A stretch of 64,000 bases of DNA from Candidatus Sysuiplasma jiujiangense. GTDB taxonomy: Archaea > Thermoplasmatota > Thermoplasmata > Sysuiplasmatales > Sysuiplasmataceae. The position numbers and the translations under genes were made by a program. The notes beneath the pieces were generated by a model. The model was not told the DNA's origin and did not search any database. It saw only the letters and a program-made list of their open reading frames with translations. The DNA is taken from contig JAHEAD010000011.1 in NCBI GenBank assembly GCA_019721075.1, positions 1-64,000 of the forward strand, written 5' to 3'. Positions 31,103-41,025 of this stretch are shown here, piece after piece; position 1 is the first letter of the stretch, and each line of letters begins with the position of its first letter.

Positions 31103-32287
31103 TTATCGGACAGCGGCAATCCGCACCGGCACCTTTCTGAATTCCATCCTGTAGAAGATCACAGCTGCAAGAGCCGTTACTGCACTCGCCATGTACATTA
31201 CTGCGATATAGCCGTTGAAAAGGCTGAAACCTAAACTCACAGCAGAGGTTGCGAGTACGCCCCCTGCGAGCGGACCGCCTATGCCGGACAGGGCCATAAG
31301 CGATGCGAGCATCCCTGCGGAAGCACCTCTTTCGGATGAGCGCTCGACCACATACCGCAGTCCGCCGACATACATGAATGCCCATGCCACACCGAGGAGT
31401 ACCTGGGTCGCTGCCAGCTCGTCAAAATTCCTGGCAAATGCGAAGGAAACAAATGTCACGGATGAGAGCGCAATGCCAAGCTGCACGAGGTATCTCGGCT
31501 GCATGCCGCGCGTCAGGAATCGCATGGAAAGCACCTGTACGACCGAATTGAGGACGTATATGAACGAAACGAGTGCAAGCCTTACGCTGTAGGGGTAGTA
31601 GGACGGTGTGAGCTCAAGGCTGAAAATCGGAAAAATTGCCCAAATAGCAGTCGCACCGAAATGCCTGAGCGACAGAGAGATATACGCCGCCCTTCCCTTT
31701 CTGAAAACACCACGCGGAAAGAAGTGCATTCTTCCCCTCCGTCTCCTGAGTTCTGGCGCTCCGAGCGAGACGAAGAATGTTGCAAACAGCAGGATGGCTG
31801 AAAGGGCAAAAACAGGAGAAAGAAGTTCCCGCCCGATCGATTTGCCCGCAAACAGGTATATCACGATGCCTGCAAATCCCTGGCCTATCGCGGAGCCGAG
31901 TGATGCAAAGGAACTGAAGCTGCCAAGATCCCTCTTGAGATCTATTGCGTAGGCGATGAGTGAACTGCTTGAACCGGCGGAAAGCCCAAGAAGGAAGCGT
32001 ACTGCCAGGAGCTCTGCAGGGCTGTCGGCGAGCAGCTGCAAAAAAGCCATGAGAGAGGCAAACAGAAGGCTGATCATCAGCACCGGCCTTCTGCCATAGA
32101 TATCCGATAGGCGGCCTAGCGTGTAGTTGCTTACCAGGAGAGCAACGCTGTAGGAGGCGACAATTGCACCGATTTCGGCGCTTGAAGCGCCTATCTCCGA
32201 AGCATAGACAGGAATGAAGAGCGTCGAGGATGTGTACGCTATGTTTGTCAGCAGCTGCATATGCAGGTCGCTGTTCCGGAAATTCAT
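31103..32287 (-). CDS. MFS transporter
   Basis: Motif A GRLSDIYGRR; about 12 TMs. Confidence 0.9.
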   Translation of the reverse strand: MNFRNSDLHMQLLTNIAYTSSTLFIPVYASEIGASSAEIGAIVASYSVALLVSNYTLGRLSDIYGRRPVLMISLLFASLMAFLQLLADSPAELLAVRFLLGLSAGSSSSLIAYAIDLKRDLGSFSSFASLGSAIGQGFAGIVIYLFAGKSIGRELLSPVFALSAILLFATFFVSLGAPELRRRRGRMHFFPRGVFRKGRAAYISLSLRHFGATAIWAIFPIFSLELTPSYYPYSVRLALVSFIYVLNSVVQVLSMRFLTRGMQPRYLVQLGIALSSVTFVSFAFARNFDELAATQVLLGVAWAFMYVGGLRYVVERSSERGASAGMLASLMALSGIGGPLAGGVLATSAVSLGFSLFNGYIAVMYMASAVTALAAVIFYRMEFRKVPVRIAAVR

Positions 32288-32495
32288 TGCAGAATCTTCC
32301 CATGCGATCTGTTATTAAAATGCTTGACAAAATCCGTGTTTCGGCATGAAGCAGGACATGACTGGCAGGACCCGAACATGACACCTGGCAGGTCCGGCAG
32401 GCAGGGCATGTGTTGCGGCAGCCGGGAAGAGAAATCCGAAATCATTCTTTTCACTGTTTTTCATGGGATTCGAAGAGGTTTTCCGGCACCTTTTC

Positions 32496-33173
32496 CTATT
32501 GCGCGATATCTGCTGCATGCAGCCCGTAGTGGGACACAAAATGGACTATCAGCAGAAAGACAATGAATAACGGAACCAGCAGCAGGTCGGTGAAGCTCAC
32601 CACCGTTTCCGCGTACCAGAATGCAGAGAATGTGAGGAGCAGGGCTGAAACAAGCATCTTCATGTTTGCCTGCTTTACCTTCCTGACCTGTGAATGCAGG
32701 GCTGCCGCGGCAATGACAACCACCGCCACACCGAAAAACAGGCCGAGAAGCGTGGAACTGTAGCTGTTTGGATAGAGGGCTACGAGGACGATGGCAGCCT
32801 CGAACGCTTCGACAGCACCAACTGAGAAACCTGTGGCCAGTAATCCCTTCTCCTCCTCATCGTGGTGGCCGCCCTTCCACTTGTTCAGACCTAGCGATGT
32901 TCTTACCGCCCTCCTGGCACTCCTTGTCAGTCTCAGCCCGAAGTAAAGGAGGAGGGTTGCGGAGATTAGCCTGACGTAAACAAGCGGAAGAAGAGAAATA
33001 TAATTTCCGATGATTGCGGTCGGTATGAATATGACGAGCGCGCCTGCCGCAACGGCCAGAAAGGCAGATGAATCCCGTGTCTGCGCATACAGCGCGATGC
33101 CGACAGCCGCGGCTTCAGCCATCTCCAGGAGGGTTATACCTGCAGCCGCCAGGAAAATGCCAACATCAAGCAT
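32496..33173 (-). CDS. COG4280-like membrane protein (iron/lead transporter superfamily-like)
   Basis: Internal repeat with intramembrane ExxE motifs LEMAEAA and VEAFEAA; 6-7 TMs. Confidence 0.65.
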   Translation of the reverse strand: MLDVGIFLAAAGITLLEMAEAAAVGIALYAQTRDSSAFLAVAAGALVIFIPTAIIGNYISLLPLVYVRLISATLLLYFGLRLTRSARRAVRTSLGLNKWKGGHHDEEEKGLLATGFSVGAVEAFEAAIVLVALYPNSYSSTLLGLFFGVAVVVIAAAALHSQVRKVKQANMKMLVSALLLTFSAFWYAETVVSFTDLLLVPLFIVFLLIVHFVSHYGLHAADIAQ

Positions 33174-33700
33174 TATCTGGCAATAACCGGTGCTATTACT
33201 TAAAATATAAGCGGAGACAGCAAACGGATTGCTCTACGACCCCGACGATTCTCATCCTCCCCGCAGGGTAGAGTCTGGCTTCTTTGCCCCCCGTTTCTGT
33301 CGGTATCATGAAGTCAGTAATGCCGCCATCCCCACGACATGCCGGGACATGTTTTTTATCACCCGCGTGAATTTCATACCGCATTTTCGCAGGTATCAAC
33401 TGAAATCATCCGGTTCAATGACTTCAAACTGTAACCCTTTGTTTCCCCTGAAACGCGACATCGCACCAGCCGGCAATTCACGAAAACCGCAGCATGGCCG
33501 AGGACAGGGCCTTTGCTGCATGCTTAATTCTCTGTCCGTATGACCGTTCATATGCACTCCAGTCTCTTCAGGCGTGCCCAGGTCTGGAGTACTGTTCCCT
33601 TTACTTCTTGACAATGAAATCGAACGCATTGTGAAATCTGTCAAACAGCTATTTAGTCAGTACAGGCAGTAGCATTTCTGTGCATTGTACATATATCAAT

Positions 33701-33883
33701 ATGCCAGTCGTTATGAGAACAGTTGAGGTCGTTGACGGCAATCTGCAACTGTCAGACGAGGTTGTTGCAGTCATAGAGAAGGAAGTGACAAAATTCGGTA
33801 CAGGGGCAAAGGTTGACTGCCCCAGGAAGTTCCTGGGGAAAAGGGTCTATCTTGTGATATGCGAGAAGGGAAGAGAAAAATGA
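33701..33883 (+). CDS. DUF2080-family transposon-associated small protein
   Basis: EKEVTKFGTGAKVDCPRKFLGKRVYLVI signature. Confidence 0.85.
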   Translation: MPVVMRTVEVVDGNLQLSDEVVAVIEKEVTKFGTGAKVDCPRKFLGKRVYLVICEKGREK

Positions 33884-33985
33884 CGTATGTCGCACTATCA
33901 TCCGTGCCAAATATCATATATCCACCTTCAGCAAAATCCTACAGTACTGCAGACTATGTCCAGTGTCTGTTCTGTGAAGCGCGGT
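33880..33985 (+). pseudogene. Probable N-terminal stub of a transposase coupled to the DUF2080 gene
   Basis: ATGA overlap with the DUF2080 stop; about 35 codons then unrelated sequence; CAGTAG at 33667 resembles the terminus of the IS at 46061. Confidence 0.35.
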
Positions 33986-34150
33986 ACTGTGGACGCAGAA
34001 AAATGTCATGGCCATGCACCGCAAAGTGGGGGCACGGAAGCAACTACAGACGGATAAATGAGGGGGAAGGCAGGAAAGATATTGGTCGGGCAAGGCGGCC
34101 AGGGGTCGCCGCCGCCGGTGCCTGAAAACAGTCGTGGTGAAGCAAATAAA

Positions 34151-35989
34151 ATGACAAAACACAGGCGGAAGTATCTGATGGCTGCACTGGTCGTATTGCT
34201 GTTTTTATCAGCCACCACAGCATATGGTGGCCAGCATCTGACTGTAAAGCCGAATGCAATGCAGAATGTGGTGAGCAGCGGTTCCGCAGTTAACACGCAA
34301 GATAAGCAGCTGGGCATTACCATGGACGCCGTCCCTGGTGCCGATGGTGGCGGTCCGTCGATTCCCCAGCCATCCGGTGCTATAGTCATTTGTTCCGGTC
34401 TATAATGCATTCGTGTCGCACAGTACCACATCCGTGGTGGTGAACAATTCTGTAGTTTTCCCGACAGGGTCATTTTCAAGGATCACAGTTACGTTCTTCT
34501 GCACATACGTGAGCAATCCGTTCGATACGAGCTTTATTGTCGAGGTCGATAATGTACAGATTATTGCGGGAAACACGCTTGAGCTTGAGAACACATCCGT
34601 TACCCAGAATGTAACCGATTATTATTCCATACTGCAGGGTACTGCAAGTGTTTTGGTAACATGCCCGCAATTTAATCCAGGATATTCATCCTATCTGTCG
34701 GCCTGGTTCACATTCTACGGCGGCACGAAAGCCCCGCAACCGAATGTTGTCCTGCCTGCCTTTACTTCCGCCGCATTTCCCACGCCGGGAAATGCATTCC
34801 CGGTAAACGTGCCCATTCCGTTCAATGTGTCCAGATATGCCAATGTGACGTTTCCGTCAGACATCACCAATGCTTACATCAATTTTTATGAGCAGCAGAA
34901 TGGAAACGATGAATTCTGGTACACATTGCAGCCGCCGTTCAGGGAGTTCAGAATATTTATCAACGGCACGCTTGTCGACACCACACAACCATATCCGAAC
35001 ATACAGGCAGGCGGGGGCGACCTGTTCCTGTGGCACCCGATACTTGCAATAGGTGCAGAGTTGTATCCGCCGCATGTGATACAGCTTGCTCCATATCTAT
35101 CGCTTCTTCATGGAAAGCAGATGATCCAGGTAGAGGTCCTTCAGGACGAAAACCTCTGGATCAGGGTTGCGCTGAATTTCATGATAACAACGGGTAGCCC
35201 TACAAAGGCTTCAGTGCCTGCCACATCGTTCCAGTTCCTGAACGGTATACGCAATCTCCAGCCACCAATGCAACGACGGAGAGCATACCGCCTACTGCCA
35301 CATATCTGAACGATTCCGAATCCGTCAGTGAGACATTTACCGCACATGGTTCTCAGAAATCTGCGTTATGGAGCAATGCCAGCATATTCAAGAAAACAGT
35401 ATCGTTCAACGCAAATTCGACTATATTTGATCCAAATTTCAACATCACCGGATCCACGCAATACGGCACAGGTGTCGTATACAATCAGAATTTCGCCATG
35501 TATGAGTACATCAACACAACATACCAGACGGACAGCACTTACCACGCTTCGATGCGAGGACATGCACTACAGGTAATAACGACAACGCAGAAAAGCGAGT
35601 ACATCCAGGTCAACGGGACGGACGTTTTTGATTTCATATTATCCTCGCCGTTTTCCATTCTAATCGGCTTCAATGTTACGCAGATACGCAACATCAGTAC
35701 GACGGTGACAGTATCAACTATTACCGGGTCAGGTTATTTCACAACATCGCGGACAGATGTGAACAGCACAATAGTCAATGGCACAGAGGCGTTTCTCGGT
35801 GAAATCAATTCGGAATTCGAGATCACGGCATTGCTTGCCAATCATGCCTACACCCAGAAGACGGTGAATTCAATATCAACGGTCAACGGTCAGGTTACTG
35901 CATCCTTTGATTTGAAGGAAATAGCTGTCAATGATTCCCTCGTAAACAGAAATGGGACGCTGATTTACTATCAGGTTTCATCGACCTGA
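34151..35989 (+). pseudogene. Secreted peptide-N4-asparagine amidase (PNGase A family), split by two frameshifts
   Basis: Signal peptide, NDEFWY, PFREFRIFING and PYPNIQAGG..LWHPI; frames join at 34391 (extra T) and at about 35245 (missing base). Confidence 0.85.
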
Positions 35990-36484
35990 CTTCTGTGTTC
36001 GTTCCATACCCTGCTGTTTCAAACCATTTTCCCTTTTTTTAATTTCCAGGCTGAAAAGCATCGCAGGCCGCCATGCAATTGCCTGCTATCTGCCCTCCTT
36101 TCCCTTTCTGCGGATCAAACTGTCCGTCGGTTGTTCCGAACCGCACCATGTCATCATGGATGCGGTTGGAATCTATCCCTTGGAAGTCAGGGTTTATGGA
36201 AGGAAGATCGTGCGATGCCGTGGAATCGGAAACGGCAGTGGACGCGCCCCGGAAAGACACCAGCGAGAACCTCATGTTGCGAGTTCTGTGGAATGCTGAC
36301 TCAGACCGATGGACACTTAGCCAACCTTCCATGAAACCTGCCAGTCTATCCCTGAGAATGTGGCATTCGTTTACTGAAACAAAGACTGCCACAAAAACTG
36401 AATATTCAACATAGACGGATGCCATAAGGGATACCGCTGGTTTCAGGAAACATGGCAGAGACCGGAATTCAAGTCGTATATCTA

Positions 36485-37735
36485 CTAAATACCTGGATAA
36501 TTGGGTCCTAAACTTGTGCTGTCTTGCTCAAGAAACCACTTCCACACAGGCTTTATCGCTATCTTCCTTTCCGAGAACTCCATCTCATCCTCCTGATTGC
36601 AGGTCAGCAGCAGACCCTCTTTAAGCCCGAATGTCTCCATCGCTTCAACCAGACCTTTGATTTCACGATCCCTGTTATCGTCATCAATATCATAGCACAC
36701 CTGAATGGCCCTGACTATACTGTTTCCTTCCCTGACAACGAAATCACATTCTCTCTTTCCCTTATAATAATAAACCTGCCGGCCATGTCTGCGCATATTC
36801 AGGAAAACCTGATTTTCCAGAATTCTGCCCTTGTTTGGTGTAAACGAAATAGAATTTGCTCTGTATAATCCCGAATCTATAGAATAAACCTTTTTCGGAC
36901 TGATTGCCTGTTTTTTCATTGAATAATCAAATCTTGAAACTGTAAAGAGCAGGTAGCTGTCCTCCAGGTATGAGACATACGCAATCGCACTATTAGTAGA
37001 GCCAAGATTGAACATCTTTGCCAGCTTGTTGTACGAAAACTCGCCCCCCGTGTTGGACAGCAGGTACAGAGCCATTTCCTTCACTGTTTGCGGGTTTCTC
37101 AGCTTCTGTCTTACAACTATATCTCTTGCCAGTATATCATTCAACAGTTCCTGGAGTATCTCGTTTCTGCCATACCTGATGTATTCCGGGAAACCTCCCA
37201 TGCGGGTATATTCACCGAAGGAATCCGGTCCGGCAGCTGAAGATGTGAATTTCAGGAATTCGCCGTACGAGAAGGGAAAGAGTTCGTGCCTCAGATGCCG
37301 CCCCGTCAGTTTTGTTCCCAGTTCCCGGCTCAGGAGCGAGGCGTTCGAACCTGTGATAACAAAATGTTTTTTCCGATCAAGCATCGAGCGAACGAATGTT
37401 TCCCATCCATTGATGTTCTGGATCTCGTCAAGCAGATAAATATCGAACTTTCCGTATGCCTCGGTGAGTGCACTGTCGAGCTTCAGCAGGTCTCCGCTTT
37501 CCATCCCGGCTGTTCTTGGATCTTCAAAATTGAAGTAAGCAAAACACCGGGCATTCCTCATGACCTGACGAAGGAGTGTACTCTTTCCGCAACGTCTTAT
37601 TCCTGAGATCATAATTGCAAACGGCAGATTTACATCTATTCTGGACAGTTCATCACGGACAACACCTGTGTCCATAGTTGGAAGCTGCTCTTTCTGAGAG
37701 TTTACAACACCCTGCAGAGTCTCCTTTAGAATCAC
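36485..37735 (-). CDS. AAA_14 ATPase with DUF4143/PD-(D/E)xK-like C-terminus
   Basis: GIRRCGKST, LDEIQ, TGSNA, GGFPEY, KKVYSIDSG, ECDFVV and AIQVC. Confidence 0.9.
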   Translation of the reverse strand: MILKETLQGVVNSQKEQLPTMDTGVVRDELSRIDVNLPFAIMISGIRRCGKSTLLRQVMRNARCFAYFNFEDPRTAGMESGDLLKLDSALTEAYGKFDIYLLDEIQNINGWETFVRSMLDRKKHFVITGSNASLLSRELGTKLTGRHLRHELFPFSYGEFLKFTSSAAGPDSFGEYTRMGGFPEYIRYGRNEILQELLNDILARDIVVRQKLRNPQTVKEMALYLLSNTGGEFSYNKLAKMFNLGSTNSAIAYVSYLEDSYLLFTVSRFDYSMKKQAISPKKVYSIDSGLYRANSISFTPNKGRILENQVFLNMRRHGRQVYYYKGKRECDFVVREGNSIVRAIQVCYDIDDDNRDREIKGLVEAMETFGLKEGLLLTCNQEDEMEFSERKIAIKPVWKWFLEQDSTSLGPNYPGI

Positions 37736-37980
37736 TGGATAATGTATGCATCAGTACTATACAATATTATGCATTTGTACTGAACATGACTCGTTAGCCA
37801 TAGAGAAATAGTGGAATTTACCATCCTGACCGATGGCGCAATTTCTACATGCAGGTTTACTTATGATTACATCCATTGCCAGTTCTGTGGCAGACTGTTC
37901 CGTTCCATGAAACTTGACCGTTTATGCTTCGGGATATGGCATTCATTTTCTAAATCACAGGGGACACTGAGCACGGCCGT

Positions 37981-38106
37981 GTACCATACCGTCTTGTATT
38001 CAAGCTGTTTCCTTTACTAGACAAACGGCGTGTCTGAAATGGCAGCGGCAGGATGACGGTTCTTCACCATGCCGCCTGCATTCAGGTCTTCGACATCAAT
38101 AACCGG
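37981..38106 (-). pseudogene. tnpB: Relic of an IS200/IS605-family TnpB (RuvC-II region)
   Basis: Minus strand reads PVIDVEDLNAGGMVKNRHPAAAISDTPFV**RKQLEYKTVWY. Confidence 0.85.
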
Positions 38107-38235
38107 CTCGGCATTCAGTTTCCCATAATAGCGATGAACATCCCTGCCTCCCGCCAGATTACTGTGCTTCGACAATACTGTCTTGAAATAAAGAAACAGC
38201 GTGTGTATAGGTTAGTATTTGCCGATTATGTTCAG

Positions 38236-38328
38236 CGGGCCCGCCGGGATTCGAACCCGGGACATCTGGCTCGCATCCGTTTCGTGCGTTAGAAGGCCAG
38301 TGCTATATCCGAACTAAGCTACGGGCCC
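38236..38328 (-). tRNA. tRNA-Arg(TCT) with an 18-nt intron at 37/38 (38272-38289)
   Basis: Acceptor GGGCCCG/CGGGCCC; CTGGC-CT TCT A^intron^A-GCCAG; T arm CCGGG-TTCGAAT-CCCGG. Confidence 0.95.
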
Positions 38329-38440
38329 GCATTAAGCGTATAGTCTGCATTATTAAAAATGTGTGTCGCAATGGTAAATATGCCGTTTACTCATGGATCT
38401 AAATAGATAACAAAAAAATACTGCGAGTGTATGAACAGCT

Positions 38441-39226
38441 ATGCTGCTGTTAACAAACGATGACGGCGTCTACAGCCCGGGTCTGATTTCACTTTCAAAA
38501 GCACTGTCACCGATATCGAAACTGAGAGTTGTCGCTCCGAGGGGGGCGCAGAGCAGCACGGGAATGAGCATCACGTTCCACCGCCCCGTCAGGCTCGGGA
38601 AGGTGAAGTCGAAGAATTATGAGGCACTTGCCGTCGGCGGAACCCCTGCAGATTGTGTATTCCTCTCCGTTCACAGGCTCCTGAAGGGCAGGAAAATAGA
38701 CATGATTGTTTCAGGCATCAACATAGGAGGCAACCTGAGCATGCAGTCATTCTTCTCATCCGGAACGGTTTCCGCTGCAATGTCCGGAGCCATAATCGGA
38801 ATAAAATCCGTAGCCTTCTCCAAGGAGATAGAATCGGAGGATGAGCGTCTCAGTGAGGCTGAATTCAGGGATGCGTCATGGTGGGCGGCAAAAATAGTCA
38901 GCTTCCTCCTCAAAAAGGGTTTTCCGGAAACAGTGGATCTGCTGAATGTGAACTTCCCCGTCAGGACAAGGAAGGGCACCGGTGTAAGGATAACGCACAT
39001 GGCCAGGGAAATGTTCGACGATTATGTGGTGGAAAGGGAGGATCCGCGCGGAAACAAATACTACTGGCTCGCAGGAACGAAAAAGAAGAAATTCGAAAGG
39101 GACACCGACCTGAACGCAGTGCTTGGCAAATCAGAAATCAGTATTACACCGATAAGCGTCAGGTCGATACAGCATCCGGACAGGAAATCGATTGCGGCAC
39201 ATTTCTCGCCGCTCAATGCGGAATGA
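38441..39226 (+). CDS. surE: 5'/3'-nucleotidase SurE
   Basis: LLTNDDG, GTPADC, VSGINIG, SGTVSAA, LNVNFP and SITP. Confidence 0.95.
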   Translation: MLLLTNDDGVYSPGLISLSKALSPISKLRVVAPRGAQSSTGMSITFHRPVRLGKVKSKNYEALAVGGTPADCVFLSVHRLLKGRKIDMIVSGINIGGNLSMQSFFSSGTVSAAMSGAIIGIKSVAFSKEIESEDERLSEAEFRDASWWAAKIVSFLLKKGFPETVDLLNVNFPVRTRKGTGVRITHMAREMFDDYVVEREDPRGNKYYWLAGTKKKKFERDTDLNAVLGKSEISITPISVRSIQHPDRKSIAAHFSPLNAE

Positions 39227-39257
39227 CGCGAAGCCCTGGCAGAACACGGAAGGCACA

Positions 39258-40841
39258 TCACTTCAGCCCGGATGCTTCTGTTCCCTCCCTCTTTCCCGAC
39301 GCGCCGGAGGGTCCAGCGCCAGCTACAGCCGATATGATTGTGAATGCGAATGTGGATATTATTATTGAAACCAGCGCGAGTACATATATGGTGCTCCCGA
39401 ATTCTATGCCCGATTGCAGAATCAGCACGGATATTGCCGCAACGGTGACCCCCTTCGGCATCGTTGCCGCAACAAGGCCGTAATCCTTCCTGATGCTGTC
39501 TGTCGAATATCTGCTGAAGAATGCAATCGGAAGGCCGAACGAACCGCTGATGTAACGTAGCACAAGGAAAAGTGGGCCCATGGCCAGAATCAGTATCACT
39601 GCTCCCGTAAGTTCTCCCGAAGGAATGGCCTGAACGCCCTTCGGGGGAGCGAAAAGCATCATCCCCAGCTCAACGCCGATGCTGAAGTAGAATACAATCC
39701 TGACGAGGAGCTCGAACTCCTCGTGGAAGAGCATCATGCCGGTGAATGTCCTCTTGCCCGTTGCGTCTGCGTCCCTGTCGAGTACGAGTTTTTCACCGCC
39801 GGGAAAGAGGTAGCCTATGAAGAAACCAAGATAGAGCAGGCCTATGAGCGCGAAAAGCACGTTTGCGAAACCGGCGAAGGATGTAAGGTTCAGTATTTCC
39901 TCAAAAACAAGAAGGGCTATGCCCAGGACAATGCCGTAGAGAATCATCCCCATTCTGAGCTGCTTTTCATTCATCTCACTGCCGTCCGAAGCTGATTCGG
40001 TAACTATGTCATTCATGGAGAAAACAGCATACGCCTTGAGCCTTGTCCTGCCCCTGTCCACCAGCCGCCTCTTGACAAAAAACACTATTATCTTCGAACC
40101 GGCAAAAACAAGAACCGGGATTCCTGCAAGCACAAAGATCAGCACGATTGAGTGGTACTGTATTACACCCGCGAGGGAACTGTATGTTGTGGCAAGAAAA
40201 CTGGCGAATGTGGGGTTGTAATTGCGTATATAAATCTGGTTATAAAATATGGCGACAAAGAGCAGCAGCACCACGCTGTTTACCGTCGATTCAAGCTTAA
40301 GCACACTGGTGAGTTTTGTAACATGGTCGCTGCGCCTTCCTCTCTCCGAAGACAGGTCCACAAGATGGTTCAGATAGGGAACAACCACGGCGGCAGAGGT
40401 CTCACCCAGAAGAGAGCCAAGCAGCGCTCCCAGTATCCACGGCCAGCCTAGCAGCCATTGACAGACATACCCGAAAAGTATTGCAGACGGTATGATATCG
40501 GCGAATGCCATTACCACGCCCGCAACCGCAACTCTCAGTCCGGAACCTCTGAGTTCTTTCACATCAGCTCCCAGTTTGAGACCCATGCCTGAATAAATCA
40601 GGACAAGAACGAGGTCTGTCACAAGCGGAATGGAAAAATTATTCAGGAACGAAACGAAGGAGTGCGGAAGCACGAGTATGCGATGAACTATGAAAAAGGC
40701 GAAGAGGAGACCGCCAAGAATCAGCACTATCACCTGGAAGGCTACACCTGAATTGAATTCATAGATGGCAAACGCAAGTATGGAACCCATCAGTATGAGA
40801 TAGGTCGCGAACAGAAGGACCAGATCTGCGGACGGATACAC
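39258..40841 (-). CDS. Cation:proton antiporter (CPA1-like)
   Basis: GETSAAVVVP, LKLESTVNS and MPKGVTVAAI; many TMs. Confidence 0.75.
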   Translation of the reverse strand: MYPSADLVLLFATYLILMGSILAFAIYEFNSGVAFQVIVLILGGLLFAFFIVHRILVLPHSFVSFLNNFSIPLVTDLVLVLIYSGMGLKLGADVKELRGSGLRVAVAGVVMAFADIIPSAILFGYVCQWLLGWPWILGALLGSLLGETSAAVVVPYLNHLVDLSSERGRRSDHVTKLTSVLKLESTVNSVVLLLFVAIFYNQIYIRNYNPTFASFLATTYSSLAGVIQYHSIVLIFVLAGIPVLVFAGSKIIVFFVKRRLVDRGRTRLKAYAVFSMNDIVTESASDGSEMNEKQLRMGMILYGIVLGIALLVFEEILNLTSFAGFANVLFALIGLLYLGFFIGYLFPGGEKLVLDRDADATGKRTFTGMMLFHEEFELLVRIVFYFSIGVELGMMLFAPPKGVQAIPSGELTGAVILILAMGPLFLVLRYISGSFGLPIAFFSRYSTDSIRKDYGLVAATMPKGVTVAAISVLILQSGIEFGSTIYVLALVSIIISTFAFTIISAVAGAGPSGASGKREGTEASGLK

Positions 40842-41025
40842 TGTGGCCGTTTGATATTCCTCCTATTCCTGACGTCGGCTAATGGTTAATAAAGATATTT
40901 CAGCAAAACTCGGCAGCATCGAAGGAGAAATCTGTGAACATATTAAAAGGATACAAGTGGGGGCGGCGTATTTGCGGCACAAAATACAGACAGTTATATG
41001 TTTTAATTCCGATTCCGCAGCCGGT

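Noticed and set aside
33342..33350. CCGGGACAT shared with tRNA-Arg(UCU), a possible att repeat for the 33-38 kb patch
   Set aside because: Only 9 bp and not the tRNA 3' end; expected by chance
33196..33420. IPAKMRYEIHAGDK resembles an AbrB/MazE antitoxin fragment
   Set aside because: Too short, and the flanking sequence does not extend the similarity
36039..36425. Minus-strand ORF with QGIDSN..TTDG, faintly like TnpB RuvC-I
   Set aside because: Single weak motif with no other TnpB features in any frame I could read
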